From Octopus sinensis (taxonomy: Eukaryota): a stretch of 64,000 bases of DNA. The stretch is taken from positions 97,588,001 to 97,652,000 of the forward strand of contig NC_042999.1 of NCBI RefSeq assembly GCF_006345805.1, in the 5' to 3' direction. The notes under the pieces are model-generated. The model ran no database searches. It was given only the letters and a program-made list of their open reading frames with translations, and was not told the origin of the DNA. Both the position numbers and the translations under genes were made by a program. Positions 62,726 through 64,000 of the stretch are shown in pieces. How positions within the stretch are numbered: the stretch's first letter is position 1; each line of letters begins with the position of its first letter.

Positions 62726-63771
62726 TATATATAATAAACCTTTACATAAATAAATAACGTGAAATACACGAAGGGACGAACAAAAAGACAAACGGGTCAT
62801 TCAAAGCCTATATACCCATACATATGCATATATAGGTACAGGACGTCACCAACAGTAAACAACATGAAATATGGAAACAAATGAGTTCAATACGCAAACT
62901 ATGAGAGAAATAAATGGAAAACAGGAAAGTAACATAAAGAACGACCCTTCATCAGTTGTTGGCTGTCTATCTACTCATTTTGAGCATTGAACAACAATAC
63001 GAGTCTTCAAAGCCAGTTGCTCCCATAAGTACCAAAATAAAATTTGGGATTTATGGAGGGTCAAAGTTGGGAACAAAAACAGGACAGTGGAGCCTTAGAA
63101 GGAAACCGAATGAAAACAAACATGGAGGGTCATTAGACCTGAACGAGGGTAAAATAGCGAACACTGGAGAAATATTTTCTTTGACAAGAGAGAGATAGGA
63201 TACGTCCAGTCCTGAAAGAAAAGAAGGATGATCACATGAGGAAAAGAAAGATGGACGATGGTCATGTGAGAGCAATGAGAGATTGCTTTTGATAAATAAA
63301 CTTTGATGGAAATCTAGCCTAGCCATATATGATGTGTTGCAACAAGTCTATGCCATATATATACAATGCATGTTATTCTTTTATTCTTTTCTATTTTTCA
63401 GCCCTGAGGCTAAAAACATTTTTTAAATACTAGTTTCAGTTTATTTTCTGTTTGTTGACTAAGATAGAACAATTTCTGTGCTGATGATGCTTATTGAGGT
63501 GGAAGTACATATTAACAGTTTTCTTTCCTTTCAGACAATCAGTCTGTCTCTTCCTTAGTGACATCAATTTTGGAGAATTCTTGATTCTTGAGATTCTTGA
63601 CCCCCTTCTCAGAGTTAATACCAATTACCACCAAATAATTGGTTTACTCTCTCTGAAAGGGGAGATAATTTCAATAAACCAAGAATTTATCTTGTATGTT
63701 ATTTAATATAACTTTATTAATCTTTGTCGTTTAAATTCATGCTACTGGCCATTCTGAATTGATTCTCTTAG

Positions 63772-63841
<70 letters not shown>

Positions 63842-64000
63842 AATAAATGAGTGAATAAAACTCTACTCTTACATCTGTTGCTACTTTGGGTTCCAGCATG
63901 CCAAAGTTGGCACATCATACCAAGATTTACAAAATTTGAACAAAAATTGGACAAAACTTGAACCTCAAAGCTTCATCAGAGAGTCCATAATGGTAAGAAT

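Noticed and set aside
62940-63700. ccttcatcag (CTGATGAAGG on the minus strand) within a repeat-like block
   Set aside because: No matching helix II/GAAA; possibly another Penelope-related fragment but not supportable from sequence alone.

Overview
AT-rich eukaryotic DNA dense in microsatellites and SINEs. The repeat repertoire resembles what I know from octopus (coleoid cephalopod) genomes; this is an inference. Two spliced protein-coding genes can be reconstructed on the minus strand with phase-consistent GT-AG introns. The first is an ankyrin-repeat/SOCS-box (ASB-family) gene with coding exons 17410-16767, 11912-11732 and 10429-10085 (389 aa from the ATG at 17410) and a candidate first exon near 28.9 kb. 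The second is a TMEM141 homolog with exons 61568-61506, 58418-58352 and 55361-55170; its terminal exon is uncertain. The rest is a transposon graveyard: a Gypsy LTR remnant, Penelope-like, R4/Dong-like, L1/Tx1-like, RTE and L2/CR1-like LINE fragments, Tc1/mariner and pogo/Tigger remnants, several MITEs, Helitron-like elements and many SINE copies. The most interesting signal is a tRNA-headed SINE-like element. Its three copies together reconstruct a minimal type-I hammerhead ribozyme motif of the Penelope kind, and a decayed Penelope element lies in the same window. Other notable items are long fold-back hairpins, microsatellite-bounded tandem duplications, a templated-insertion repair scar and an orphan CpG island. 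No prokaryotic features, CRISPR arrays, rRNA genes or bona fide tRNA genes were found.
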